From NCBI GenBank assembly GCA_001899255.1, contig MKVX01000023.1, positions 217,660-281,659 on the forward strand: a stretch of 64,000 nt of DNA. Reading direction: 5' to 3'. Source of the DNA: Rhizobiales bacterium 62-47 (GTDB taxonomy: Bacteria; Pseudomonadota; Alphaproteobacteria; Rhizobiales; Xanthobacteraceae). Of this stretch, positions 28,446 to 37,066 are shown in pieces. A program made the position numbers and the translations under genes. A model generated the notes under the pieces. The model saw only the letters and a list, made by a program, of their open reading frames with translations. It did no database searches and had not been told where the DNA came from. Position 1 is the first letter of the stretch. Every line of letters starts with the position of its first letter.

Positions 28446-30140
28446 TTATCCCGTTCGCTTGGCCGCCCGCCGCGTCGACCGCTGATCCTTGACGTAGCCG
28501 AGCGGCACATTCAGGCGGCGCACGGTGGCGATGATATCGCCGTTGCTGTCCCGATCACAATTCATATGCGTCGGTGCGATGAAGAAATCCGCCGTTTCCC
28601 AGACCTCGGCCCAGTGCAGGTGCGGCTGCGCCTTTTTCAGGAACGACGCCCGTTCGCCGCAAATGGCCACCGAATAGCTATGGCCCGGGTCCCGGCTGGC
28701 CACAGGTTCGGTCCGGGCCAGATAGGCCTCCAGTTCGTCGACAGCTTCAGGCATGATGGTGAACCAATAATCCGTCGCATAGCGCCGCGTAGCGCCCTCA
28801 AGGCCGCCGACAAGTGGATTAAAGACAAGATATTCGTAAGGATGCAGCCGAACCAGCGTGACGGCATTCCAGGTGAACCCGGCCAAAATGACTGCCATCG
28901 CTGTCGGGGCAAGCATCCGGACGTTCCGCCACGATTTCAGCAGGAGATCGAGCCCGACGCCAGCCAGGATCGCCAGCGGCGGCAAGACGAAGAGAAAATG
29001 CCGCAAGCCGCAGAATGCCGGGCCATGCAGCGCCACTTCGCAGAGAACCGGGAAAGTCGCGGCGAACGCCACCAGCGTCACTTCGCGCCGCTGGCGGCGG
29101 GGCACGTCGGCATTCGCCAGTTTCGGCAAAGCCGCGAACGCAATAGCCAACACGGCGCCCGCCAGCATCAGCAGCGGCAGCTTGATGAGAATGTAGACCG
29201 GCACGTAAAGCCGCGGGATGGTCGCCATGCGATACACAGTGCCATCCAGCACGGTGCGGATGTTGTAGTGAAACTCTGCAAAGCTGAACAGGCCGCGGAT
29301 CGGATTGAGGGGCGACAGCGCTGCCCACGGCCAGGTCACGATCATGATGACATAAGCGATGGCCAGCCCCGGCACCAACCGCACCAGCGAGCGCCAGATG
29401 TAATTGCCCGCTTGCGCTGGCGTGGCGAACATCGCATTCGGCATGCTCAACAGAATGGCAATGCCGACATACCCGACGAGCAACAAGCCCAGCACCTTGA
29501 TGCCGAGCGCTGCGCCGGTCAGCGCGCCAAAGCCGACGACGTGTCGCGCTTGCGGGTTCGGCAGACCGCGCGCCACCCGCATCAGGAAATACAGCGCGCC
29601 AGCCATCGCCGCTGCCAAGGGTATATCCTTGCTGTGATGGAACATAGTGCCGTACCACGATCCGCACACCGCCAGCGCGATACCGGCGAGCAGGCCCGCC
29701 CGTGCACCGCCGATCATCCGCGCCGTGGCAATTGCCGACCCCAGCCCGGCGACGCCGATCATCGCACACATCAGGTGGCGCAGATCAAAAGCATCGAGCG
29801 CAACGATGTGGCTCAGCAGCACGGCGACGATGTCGAACATGCCGCCGTAGAGATAAAGATTGTCGAGCGCAAACACCGAGCGGTCGGTGAAGCCGCTCTT
29901 GTAATAAGCGACGATCAACTCGCCGTAGCGATGCTGAATCCATTCGTCGTTGGTGATGGCGTAGTCGCGGAAGGTCGCCAGCACGAGAACGAACAGCGCC
30001 GCCAGCAGCGCAAGCGACGCCAGATCGTACGGATCGAGCGTGGTCAGCGTACGGGCCAGGCGAGAGATGCGGGAATAGCCGGCGACGCCGGTTAGATGCG
30101 GCGCGAGATCGTCAGCCCGTTCGCGCGCCAGATCGGTCAT
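28446..30140 (-). CDS. glycosyltransferase family 39 / ArnT-like polytopic membrane protein
   Basis: ATG at 30140 (MTDLARERADD..). An alternative start lies at 30203. More than 10 hydrophobic spans, an acidic DE pair in the first loop (AITNDEWIQHRYGE), and a C-terminal soluble domain. Confidence 0.7.
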   Translation of the reverse strand: MTDLARERADDLAPHLTGVAGYSRISRLARTLTTLDPYDLASLALLAALFVLVLATFRDYAITNDEWIQHRYGELIVAYYKSGFTDRSVFALDNLYLYGGMFDIVAVLLSHIVALDAFDLRHLMCAMIGVAGLGSAIATARMIGGARAGLLAGIALAVCGSWYGTMFHHSKDIPLAAAMAGALYFLMRVARGLPNPQARHVVGFGALTGAALGIKVLGLLLVGYVGIAILLSMPNAMFATPAQAGNYIWRSLVRLVPGLAIAYVIMIVTWPWAALSPLNPIRGLFSFAEFHYNIRTVLDGTVYRMATIPRLYVPVYILIKLPLLMLAGAVLAIAFAALPKLANADVPRRQRREVTLVAFAATFPVLCEVALHGPAFCGLRHFLFVLPPLAILAGVGLDLLLKSWRNVRMLAPTAMAVILAGFTWNAVTLVRLHPYEYLVFNPLVGGLEGATRRYATDYWFTIMPEAVDELEAYLARTEPVASRDPGHSYSVAICGERASFLKKAQPHLHWAEVWETADFFIAPTHMNCDRDSNGDIIATVRRLNVPLGYVKDQRSTRRAAKRTG

Positions 30141-30472
30141 CGCTGAAAGCGCTCTCGACGAGGCCCAGGCAATAATGCGCGCGCGTTCTGTGCACCGCAA
30201 CATTGGTACAGATTGCAACAGACGGAATTTGGGGGAGCAACCAAGACGGCGGCGAACATGCGGGGTTGGTCGGTAAATACCTCCCGCCATCTTAGCCGAT
30301 CCGGACGGCTTTGCCAGCGTAAACCGCGACAAACCGTACCGGCCGGACCCTATCAGTTCGAAGGGTGCTGCCTTGCCAGCGATTTCGGCGGCGATATCCT
30401 GCAAGCTAGGCCAAGGCCAAAGCAACGACCGGCGCAAGTCCGGCGGACACAACATCAGGGAGCGAAGGCGAC

Positions 30473-32023
30473 ATGTATTCCGGAATTCATGCCCAGTCGC
30501 GCGGCGATCAGCCGGCTTTCATCATGGCTCGCAGCGGCGAGACCGTGACTTATGGCGAACTCGAAGCCCGCACCAATCGCCTCGCGCATTTCCTGCGGAG
30601 TCGCGGGCTTAAACGGCTGGATCACTATGCCATCTTCATGGAGAACAACGCCCGTTATCTGGAATGCTGCGGCGTCGGCGAACGCGCGGGGCTTTATTTC
30701 ACCTGCATCAATTCGTTCCTGAAAGCCGACGAGCTTGCCTACATCATCAACAACAGTGAATCGCGGGTGCTGATCTTCTCGGAAGAGAAGCGCCCGGTGG
30801 TCGTCGAGGCCTTGAGGCAGTGTCCGAAAGTGGAAGTCAGCCTGGTGGTCGATGGCCCGGGCGATGGCAAGGCGATCCTCAACCTCGATGAAGCGGTGGC
30901 CGGTTTCCCTATGACGCCTATTACCGACGAAAGTATCGGAACCGCGATGCTATATTCGTCCGGCACGACGGGACGACCGAAGGGCATCGTACGCCCGCTG
31001 CCGGAGCAGCCGGCATCGCAGCAATTGCCACTGTTCGACTTCCTGCAAAAGATGTGGCGTTACCGCGACGGGCTGGTCTACCTCTCGCCGGCCCCGCTCT
31101 ACCACTCCGCGCCGCAGGCCGCGGTAAATCTGGTTATTCGCAATGGCGGCACCGCGATCATCATGGAGCGGTTCGATCCCGAGCATTATCTGCAACTGGT
31201 CGAAAAGTATCGGCCGACGCACAGTCAGCTTGTGCCGACCATGTTTTCACGCATGTTGAAACTGCCCGACGATGTCCGCAAGAAATACGACATCTCATCA
31301 CTCGAAGTCGCGATCCATGCGGCAGCGCCCTGCCCGCCGCAGGTCAAAGAGCAAATGATCGAATGGTGGGGACCAATCATTCACGAATATTATGGCGCAA
31401 CCGAAGGCCTCGGCTTCACCGCTTGCGACACGCCGCAATGGGTGGCGCACCGCGGCACCGTCGGCAAGGTCTTGCTCGGTGAGTTGCATGTGCTCGATGA
31501 AAACATGCAGCCGTGTCCGAAGGAAACGCCGGGCACGCTGTGGTTCAAGACGGCGACACCGTTCGAGTACTTCAAAGATCCAAAGCGGACTGCGGAAACA
31601 CGCTCCGAGGACGGCAGCATGAGCACGGTCGGCGACATCGGTTATGTCGATGACGACGGCTTCCTGTATCTCACCGACCGCGCCACGTTCATGATCGTGT
31701 CCGGCGGGGTGAACATCTATCCGCAGGAGTGCGAGAACTTGCTCATCACCCATCCGAAGGTTGCCGATGCAGCGGTGTTCGGCGTTCCGAACGATGATCT
31801 CGGCGAGGAGGTCAAGGCGGTGGTGCAAGCGATGCCCGGCGTCAAACCCGATGCAGAACTCGTCGCCGAACTGACCGAATTCTGCATGCAGAACCTGTCA
31901 CGCCAGAAATGTCCGCGGTCGATCGACTTCGAGGCCGAACTGCCGCGGCTGCCGACCGGCAAACTTTACAAGCGCCTGCTCCGCGACCGCTACTGGGGCA
32001 ATCGCAAGAGTCGGATCGTGTAA
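30473..32023 (+). CDS. acyl-CoA synthetase (AMP-forming, fatty-acid-CoA ligase type)
   Basis: 516 aa. AMP-binding motif MLYSSGTTGRPKG, YYGATEG, GDIGYVDDDGFLYLTDR and the C-terminal PTGKLYKRLLRD. Confidence 0.9.
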   Translation: MYSGIHAQSRGDQPAFIMARSGETVTYGELEARTNRLAHFLRSRGLKRLDHYAIFMENNARYLECCGVGERAGLYFTCINSFLKADELAYIINNSESRVLIFSEEKRPVVVEALRQCPKVEVSLVVDGPGDGKAILNLDEAVAGFPMTPITDESIGTAMLYSSGTTGRPKGIVRPLPEQPASQQLPLFDFLQKMWRYRDGLVYLSPAPLYHSAPQAAVNLVIRNGGTAIIMERFDPEHYLQLVEKYRPTHSQLVPTMFSRMLKLPDDVRKKYDISSLEVAIHAAAPCPPQVKEQMIEWWGPIIHEYYGATEGLGFTACDTPQWVAHRGTVGKVLLGELHVLDENMQPCPKETPGTLWFKTATPFEYFKDPKRTAETRSEDGSMSTVGDIGYVDDDGFLYLTDRATFMIVSGGVNIYPQECENLLITHPKVADAAVFGVPNDDLGEEVKAVVQAMPGVKPDAELVAELTEFCMQNLSRQKCPRSIDFEAELPRLPTGKLYKRLLRDRYWGNRKSRIV

Positions 32024-32045
32024 GAGACAACAGATAAGGCGGGAA

Positions 32046-32127
32046 CGTCATCATCCGCGAAGGCGGATGATCCAGTATCGCAAGCCGGCGTGTTACATAC
32101 TGGATGCCCGCCTGCGCGGGCATGACG
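32046..32127. repeat. REP-like nested palindromic element (three hairpins closed by an outer helix)
   Basis: Four helices. Outer CGTC(32046-49)/GACG(32124-27). Hairpin A: ATCATCCGC(32050-58)/GCGGATGAT(32063-71). Hairpin B: CCAGTAT(32072-78)/ATACTGG(32097-103). Hairpin C: ATGCCCGC(32104-11)/GCGGGCAT(32116-23). It lies between convergent genes. The ..ctggatgcccgcctgcgcgggcatgacg arm resembles intergenic repeats common in this bacterial group. Confidence 0.5.
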
Positions 32128-32170
32128 GTTCAACGGATTAGCAGCGCCGCCAACTGAGCCAGCTCTTGCC

Positions 32171-33421
32171 TCACGCCGCCCACTCGCCCTTGCGGAATAC
32201 CGGCACGCGACGGCCGTCGGCATGAACACCGTCGATATCGATATGATCCGACCCGATCATCCAGTCGATGTGAATGAAGCTGGTGTTGCCGCCTTGCGCA
32301 GAGATCTGCTCCGGCGTGAGGTTGGCGCCGCCAACGAAGCACTTCGAATAGCATTGCCCAAGCGCAATGTGGCACGAGGCGTTTTCGTCGAACAGCGTGT
32401 TGTAGAACAACAGCCCACTGGCCGAGATCGGCGATGAATGCGGCACAAGCGCCACTTCGCCGAGACGACGCGCGCCCTCATCGGTATCGAGCACCTTGTT
32501 CAGCACCTCCGCACCGCGCGACGCCGTTGCCTCAACGATGCGCCCCCCCTCGAAGCGCACCGCGATGTTGTCGATCAGGGTACCCTGATAGGACAGCGGC
32601 TTCGTGCTGCAAACACGGCCCTCGACGCGGAGCGCGTGCGGCGTGGTGAACACCTCTTCTGTGGGAATATTGGGGTTGCAGACAATGCCGTTCTTCGCGA
32701 TCGACGCGCCTCCGACCCACTCGTGACCGTCCGCCAAGCCGATCGTGAGATCGGTGCCGGGGCCGGAATATTGCAACGCGTGGAAGCGCTGGCCGTTCAG
32801 CCAATCGGTACGCGCCCGTAACGCGGCGTTATGCGCCGTCCATGCGGCAATCGGGTCGGCGACGTCGGCACGCGACGCCGCAAAGATCGCGTCCGCCAGT
32901 TTGCCGACGGCTGCCTCTTCCTCATCGTCGGGAAATACCAGCTTCGCCCAGGACGCGCCCGGAAAGGCCACGATGTTCCAATTGATGTCGAAGCCGGTAA
33001 TGCGCTCCATCGCCGGCCGATAGGCCATCGAATTGGCCTTGCTGGCGCGCGCCACCTTGGCTGCGTCCTCTCCCGCCAACAGCATCGGATTGTCGCCGAC
33101 AATGGCGAGCCGCGCGGTATTGGCATCGAACGCTTTGGCAACGCCCTCATAAAGCCAGCCAGCGGCGCGATCGAAGCTGGCATCCTGCGCGAAGCGATAA
33201 CGCGACAGGGTGATTTCCTCGTCCGACAGAATCGGCGTCACCAGACCCGCTCCCGCCTTGTAGGCATGCTCGGCGATCCGCCGCACCAGCGGCAGCGCCG
33301 TGACCGGGCCGGTGAGGAACACATCCTGCCCGGGTTGCAGCTGCAATCCGACTTTGATGGCGACCTCGGCCAGCCTGTCGAGTTTGATGGGGTCGATAGT
33401 GTTGTGCTGACGTTCGGCCAT
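32171..33421 (-). CDS. aminopeptidase, M29 (AmpS/PepS, aminopeptidase T-like) family
   Basis: ATG at 33421 (MAERQHNTIDPIKLDRLAEVAIKVGLQLQPGQDV..). Family-like layout with C-terminal FYNTLFDENASCHIALG and HIDWMIG. Confidence 0.8.
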   Translation of the reverse strand: MAERQHNTIDPIKLDRLAEVAIKVGLQLQPGQDVFLTGPVTALPLVRRIAEHAYKAGAGLVTPILSDEEITLSRYRFAQDASFDRAAGWLYEGVAKAFDANTARLAIVGDNPMLLAGEDAAKVARASKANSMAYRPAMERITGFDINWNIVAFPGASWAKLVFPDDEEEAAVGKLADAIFAASRADVADPIAAWTAHNAALRARTDWLNGQRFHALQYSGPGTDLTIGLADGHEWVGGASIAKNGIVCNPNIPTEEVFTTPHALRVEGRVCSTKPLSYQGTLIDNIAVRFEGGRIVEATASRGAEVLNKVLDTDEGARRLGEVALVPHSSPISASGLLFYNTLFDENASCHIALGQCYSKCFVGGANLTPEQISAQGGNTSFIHIDWMIGSDHIDIDGVHADGRRVPVFRKGEWAA

Positions 33422-33666
33422 AGCATATTCCCGGTTGTTTGGATGTGGCTGCGCACCTGCGGCGCAGCAGGACTTTCCGATACCGAGATATGCCCGCTGG
33501 ACCTCCAGACCGTCAATCGGCTCTTTGCGCCGGGCATCCATCAAATATCCGACAATCGGAGGTCGTAATGATCGATCAGCTAGATCGATCGGTTCTGAAA
33601 CTATTGGCGAGTTGGGCGCGTTGCTGAGCGTGCTACACTTGTAACTCGACCGAAGGGTTACGGCAC

Positions 33667-33915
33667 ATGGATCTGATCGAACTCATCATCACCGTTTGCG
33701 CGATCGCGGCCCCGACCAATTGCCACGAGGCCCATGTTCAGTTTGCCTGGCACGGTTCGCCGCAACAGTGCGTCATGAATGCGCCACCCTATATCGCGCG
33801 ATGGGTTGGCGAGCACCCTAAGTGGAACGCGGTACGATGGCGGTGCGAATACCCTCGTCCGTCGGAACGGGCGGACGCGGCCAATCGCACGATCCGAACG
33901 GCCACGGAATCATAG
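33667..33915 (+). CDS. small hypothetical protein, 4 Cys
   Basis: 82-aa ORF MDLIELIITVCAIAAPTNCHEAH..WRCEYP. The SD is weak (AAGGG, 10-nt spacing). No family recognised. Confidence 0.4.
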   Translation: MDLIELIITVCAIAAPTNCHEAHVQFAWHGSPQQCVMNAPPYIARWVGEHPKWNAVRWRCEYPRPSERADAANRTIRTATES

Positions 33916-33925
33916 GCTTGAACGG

Positions 33926-34270
33926 CTAACGATTGCATTGCTTCAGGTCGGCATCGGCAATCGAGAACACCGCGTTGGCTTTGAGTTCCAGATTGCGGAC
34001 CAGGCATGAACGCCCGTTGGCGTAGCCGACCTTCGCGTCATAACGCCCCGGCGCGATGTCCACGAGACGCAGACGCTCGTCGTGATCCACCTCCTTGTCC
34101 TTGTCGTTCAGGGTCTGATTAGGGCCCCAGCTATCCGTGCCAGCAGGGGACAGTTGGAAGCTGGAGATCGTCGCCGTAGTCAGGTTCCACAAGCGGATTC
34201 CCTTCTCGCGGGCTTGCAGATGGCCCGACATCAGCACCACGGCTGCCAGGCCGATCAATACGCGCAGCAT
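33926..34270 (-). CDS. small secreted hypothetical protein
   Basis: ATG at 34270 after GGAGG with 5-nt spacing. Signal peptide MLRVLIGLAAVVLMSGHLQA, then a beta-rich mature part with two Cys (RSCLV, KQCNR). Confidence 0.55.
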   Translation of the reverse strand: MLRVLIGLAAVVLMSGHLQAREKGIRLWNLTTATISSFQLSPAGTDSWGPNQTLNDKDKEVDHDERLRLVDIAPGRYDAKVGYANGRSCLVRNLELKANAVFSIADADLKQCNR

Positions 34271-34446
34271 TGTACCTCCCATCGGCGGATTGTTGATGGC
34301 GCGACGATATCACGGCATGCACCCCGCGCGCAGCTCCCGTTGAGGCCGCCACTTAGCCCGACAAAAGTGATGGTATCGGGACCGGCAACAATTTCTAATG
34401 GCCCGCGACGAGGTTATACTGATCTTTCAATTGCCGGAGCACGACG

Positions 34447-34797
34447 ATGTCACGTCCGCGCGCGCTGCTGATAATGTTTGGTATGCTCATGATGATGGCT
34501 CCCGCCTCGCACGCCGATGACGTCAATGACTACCCGACCTCCGCACGTGCCGACTATGTCTTCGGTTGCATGAAAGCCAATGGCGAGAACCAGCACGTGC
34601 TGGATCAATGCTCATGTTCGATCGACGTGGTTGCATCGCTGCTGCCCTATCCGCGTTACGTCAGCGCGGAGACCGTGCTGAGAATGGTACAGGTCCACGG
34701 CAATCTGGGGAACCAATTCCGGTCGTCGGCTCAGGCAACAAGCGCGCTGAGCGACCTACGCCGGGCGCAGGCCGAAGCCGAAGTCCGCTGCTTCTAA
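34447..34797 (+). CDS. small secreted hypothetical protein, 4 Cys in the mature part
   Basis: ATG after GGAG with 7-nt spacing. Signal peptide MSRPRALLIMFGMLMMMAPASHA. Mature-part Cys residues lie in FGCMK, QCSCS and VRCF. Confidence 0.55.
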   Translation: MSRPRALLIMFGMLMMMAPASHADDVNDYPTSARADYVFGCMKANGENQHVLDQCSCSIDVVASLLPYPRYVSAETVLRMVQVHGNLGNQFRSSAQATSALSDLRRAQAEAEVRCF

Positions 34798-34828
34798 CGC
34801 ATAGACGCCACGGCCTGCGACTCGCAGT

Positions 34829-35668
34829 TCACATCCCTGACGGATCGGCCGGCCATTGTTCCTTGAACATATGCCCGCTGGTATCTTTCGCCTCGACGCG
34901 GAATTGCTTCGCGTCCTTCGCTGCGAAGGTGAAGCGGATGTTGGGATCTTCCGAGATTGAAATTCCGCCTTCCATGGAGAGAAGCGGCTTGTCGTCCCGC
35001 CAGATGCGCAGTTCGTCAACGAAAAACGCCGGTACGTAAAGATGAGTCACCTGGTCCATCTGCAGCCCGGAGTTATTCGGATGCCGGATCATGATCTGGG
35101 CATCGCGCAGACCGCCATCGGCCTTTGCAAATTGCCGGAATCGCATTTGGCCGAGCTTGCTATCGTTTGAATCGACAGTCTTCGCCGCAGGCGCGGAGCA
35201 GCCACCCGATGCCTTGACGTAGGTCTTCACGACATAAAGCTTGCCATCACTCAGTTCGGCCACGGCATGAACATCGGTGTAGTTATTGACGCGCACGCGC
35301 GTCGAGATCGACGCTATTGCCGCGTCGGGCCCAAGCGTGAAGCGCGCAGCCATCGGAGCCGGATTCTGATCGATCACCAGCGTGATGGCTGAGACGTGAC
35401 GTCCATCACCCGGCGGAAGCGACATCCGCAACGTCACCGGCACGATCGCCGCATCCTCGGCGCGATACGGCATCTCCACTGCAACGATGCCGACACCATC
35501 CTCCATCGCGCGACCGTTGAACAAATCCTGCACGAGCCCGGGCCAAGGATCGTATGGCTCAGGTGCAGCGGCGAACGATGGAGCAGGAGGAGATAAAGCC
35601 GCAGCGACGACGGCCGCGATACTTAACTGGCGAAATGTGGTTCTGGCCATTATCCGACCCATGAGCAA
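34829..35668 (-). CDS. quinoprotein-dehydrogenase-associated SoxYZ-like carrier protein (SoxY-like and SoxZ-like halves fused)
   Basis: 279 aa with an N-terminal signal (..AAALSPPAPSFAA). SoxY-like carrier motif KASGGCS at residue 157 (codon 35198-35200), followed by a SoxZ-like beta-sandwich half (IMIRHPNNSGLQMDQ). Start uncertain (35668, 35662 or 35650). Confidence 0.7.
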   Translation of the reverse strand: MLMGRIMARTTFRQLSIAAVVAAALSPPAPSFAAAPEPYDPWPGLVQDLFNGRAMEDGVGIVAVEMPYRAEDAAIVPVTLRMSLPPGDGRHVSAITLVIDQNPAPMAARFTLGPDAAIASISTRVRVNNYTDVHAVAELSDGKLYVVKTYVKASGGCSAPAAKTVDSNDSKLGQMRFRQFAKADGGLRDAQIMIRHPNNSGLQMDQVTHLYVPAFFVDELRIWRDDKPLLSMEGGISISEDPNIRFTFAAKDAKQFRVEAKDTSGHMFKEQWPADPSGM

Positions 35669-35709
35669 TGCAGCCCCGCCTTACACGACACCATACACCG
35701 ATCCGACAG

Positions 35710-36651
35710 CTATTCCCACTCAAGTTCGGCATAGGCCGCCGTCGCATTGCGCGCATTGTAGTCATCGAACAACTTCCAATGCGATTGCTCCGACCGTCCG
35801 GCGGTTGTCGCAGCGGCAGCCAACGGAACGCCTTGCCTGATCGCACTACGTATATCCGACACCAGACGCTCCAAATAGCGCCGCTCGTTATCGATCGCAC
35901 CGGGCCAATCCGAGACCGGGCCATGGCCCGGAACAACGCGTCGAGCGGCGAGCATTCTGAGTTGATCAAGCACCGTCAGCCAACCTCGAATACTTCCATC
36001 GACGACGGGCACGTGGTCTACAAACACCAGATCGCCGGCAAACAGCGTGCCGGTCGTCGTGTCGAACAAGGTTAGATCGTTGTCGGTATGCGCCGCGGGC
36101 CACGCTCGCAGCAACAACGTTCGGCCGCCGAGATCGAGCGACGCTTCGCCATCGACCAATTTTGTAGGCGGCACGATCTTCACTTCAGAGATGAGCTCCT
36201 CTCCCATCGCATCGCGAAAGCCATTCAGATAGAAGGCCGCTCGCGCAGTCAGTGCCTGGGGCAAATTTCTGTTTCCGACAAAGATCGTTTGGCCATCGGC
36301 GAAAGCCGCGTTGCCGAACATATGATCCGGATGACCGTGGGTGTTCACGACAAAACGAATGGGCTTCCCGGTGCGCAAACGAATGGCGGCCAGTAACCGC
36401 CGCCCTTCGCGGACACTTCCGCCTGTGTCGACCACTGCAACAGCTTCCTCGCCAACGATAAATCCGACATTGGCGATGGCACCTTCGTTCGCTTGCGTCA
36501 TGAGTTCCATGTCGCCGAGGTGGACAAAAATACCAGGCGCGATCTCCTGAACCGGCAAGGGAGGTAACGTCTGTTGCGTCTGCGCATGCACACTCGCTGC
36601 CAACATTGTGGACAGAACGCACAGCGCGAGACGAAGGCCGGCGACTACCAC
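35710..36651 (-). CDS. metallo-beta-lactamase-fold zinc hydrolase of the type annotated as quinoprotein relay system metallohydrolase
   Basis: GTG at 36651 after AGGAG with 7-nt spacing. Signal peptide ..[13 protein letters not shown] motif [10 protein letters not shown] and later His/Asp ligands (AAHTDND, PGHGP). It lies 41 nt upstream of the SoxYZ-like gene on the same strand. Confidence 0.75.
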   Translation of the reverse strand: MVVAGLRLALCVLSTMLAASVHAQTQQTLPPLPVQEIAPGIFVHLGDMELMTQANEGAIANVGFIVGEEAVAVVDTGGSVREGRRLLAAIRLRTGKPIRFVVNTHGHPDHMFGNAAFADGQTIFVGNRNLPQALTARAAFYLNGFRDAMGEELISEVKIVPPTKLVDGEASLDLGGRTLLLRAWPAAHTDNDLTLFDTTTGTLFAGDLVFVDHVPVVDGSIRGWLTVLDQLRMLAARRVVPGHGPVSDWPGAIDNERRYLERLVSDIRSAIRQGVPLAAAATTAGRSEQSHWKLFDDYNARNATAAYAELEWE

Positions 36652-37066
36652 CTCAGTACTCCTGACCTAATTGCGTGCCTGCATCGTTCGACGTCGCGCG
36701 ACGAATGCAACGCAACACCCGCGCGCTTCAAAAAGTTCCACGATGATTTTTTGTTGCACGCTGCGGTTGGCACGATTAGCATTTGGAAGCTTCCCGTTTG
36801 CTTCTTGGAATATTGCCGGATTACGCTTGGCAGATTCCTTTGTGGACACCTGCTCTTGTCATCCGGTGATCAAGGAAGCCGGCGCAACGTAGCGCCGAGA
36901 GACAGCACGTCTCGTAGTCCAATAAGAGCTCGCTGAAGTCACGACACGTTGTCGAATAAGCACGTTGCTGAGGATGCACCTCGTAAGCGGGGGCGACACT
37001 GAGCGCATAGCACATTCACCCCCCGCATCGCCGAAGATCAACAAACAGAAGGTGGGAGGAATAGTT

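Noticed and set aside
28566-30095. 509-aa plus-strand ORF opposite the GT39-like gene
   Set aside because: Extremely Arg/Gln/His/Asp-rich translation. The opposite strand encodes a coherent polytopic membrane protein.
36768-36781. TGGCAC..GCA sequence upstream of xoxF that looked like a sigma-54 (-24/-12) promoter
   Set aside because: The GG-to-GC spacing is 8 nt instead of the canonical 10. Neighbouring TGG..TTGC combinations are also mis-spaced.
36667-36849. 60-aa minus-strand ORF (GTG start) in the xoxF upstream region
   Set aside because: No SD, low third-position GC, and a C-terminal Arg/Cys-rich tail. It lies in what is more simply the divergent promoter region of xoxF and the MBL hydrolase gene. 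It cannot be excluded, but I cannot support it.
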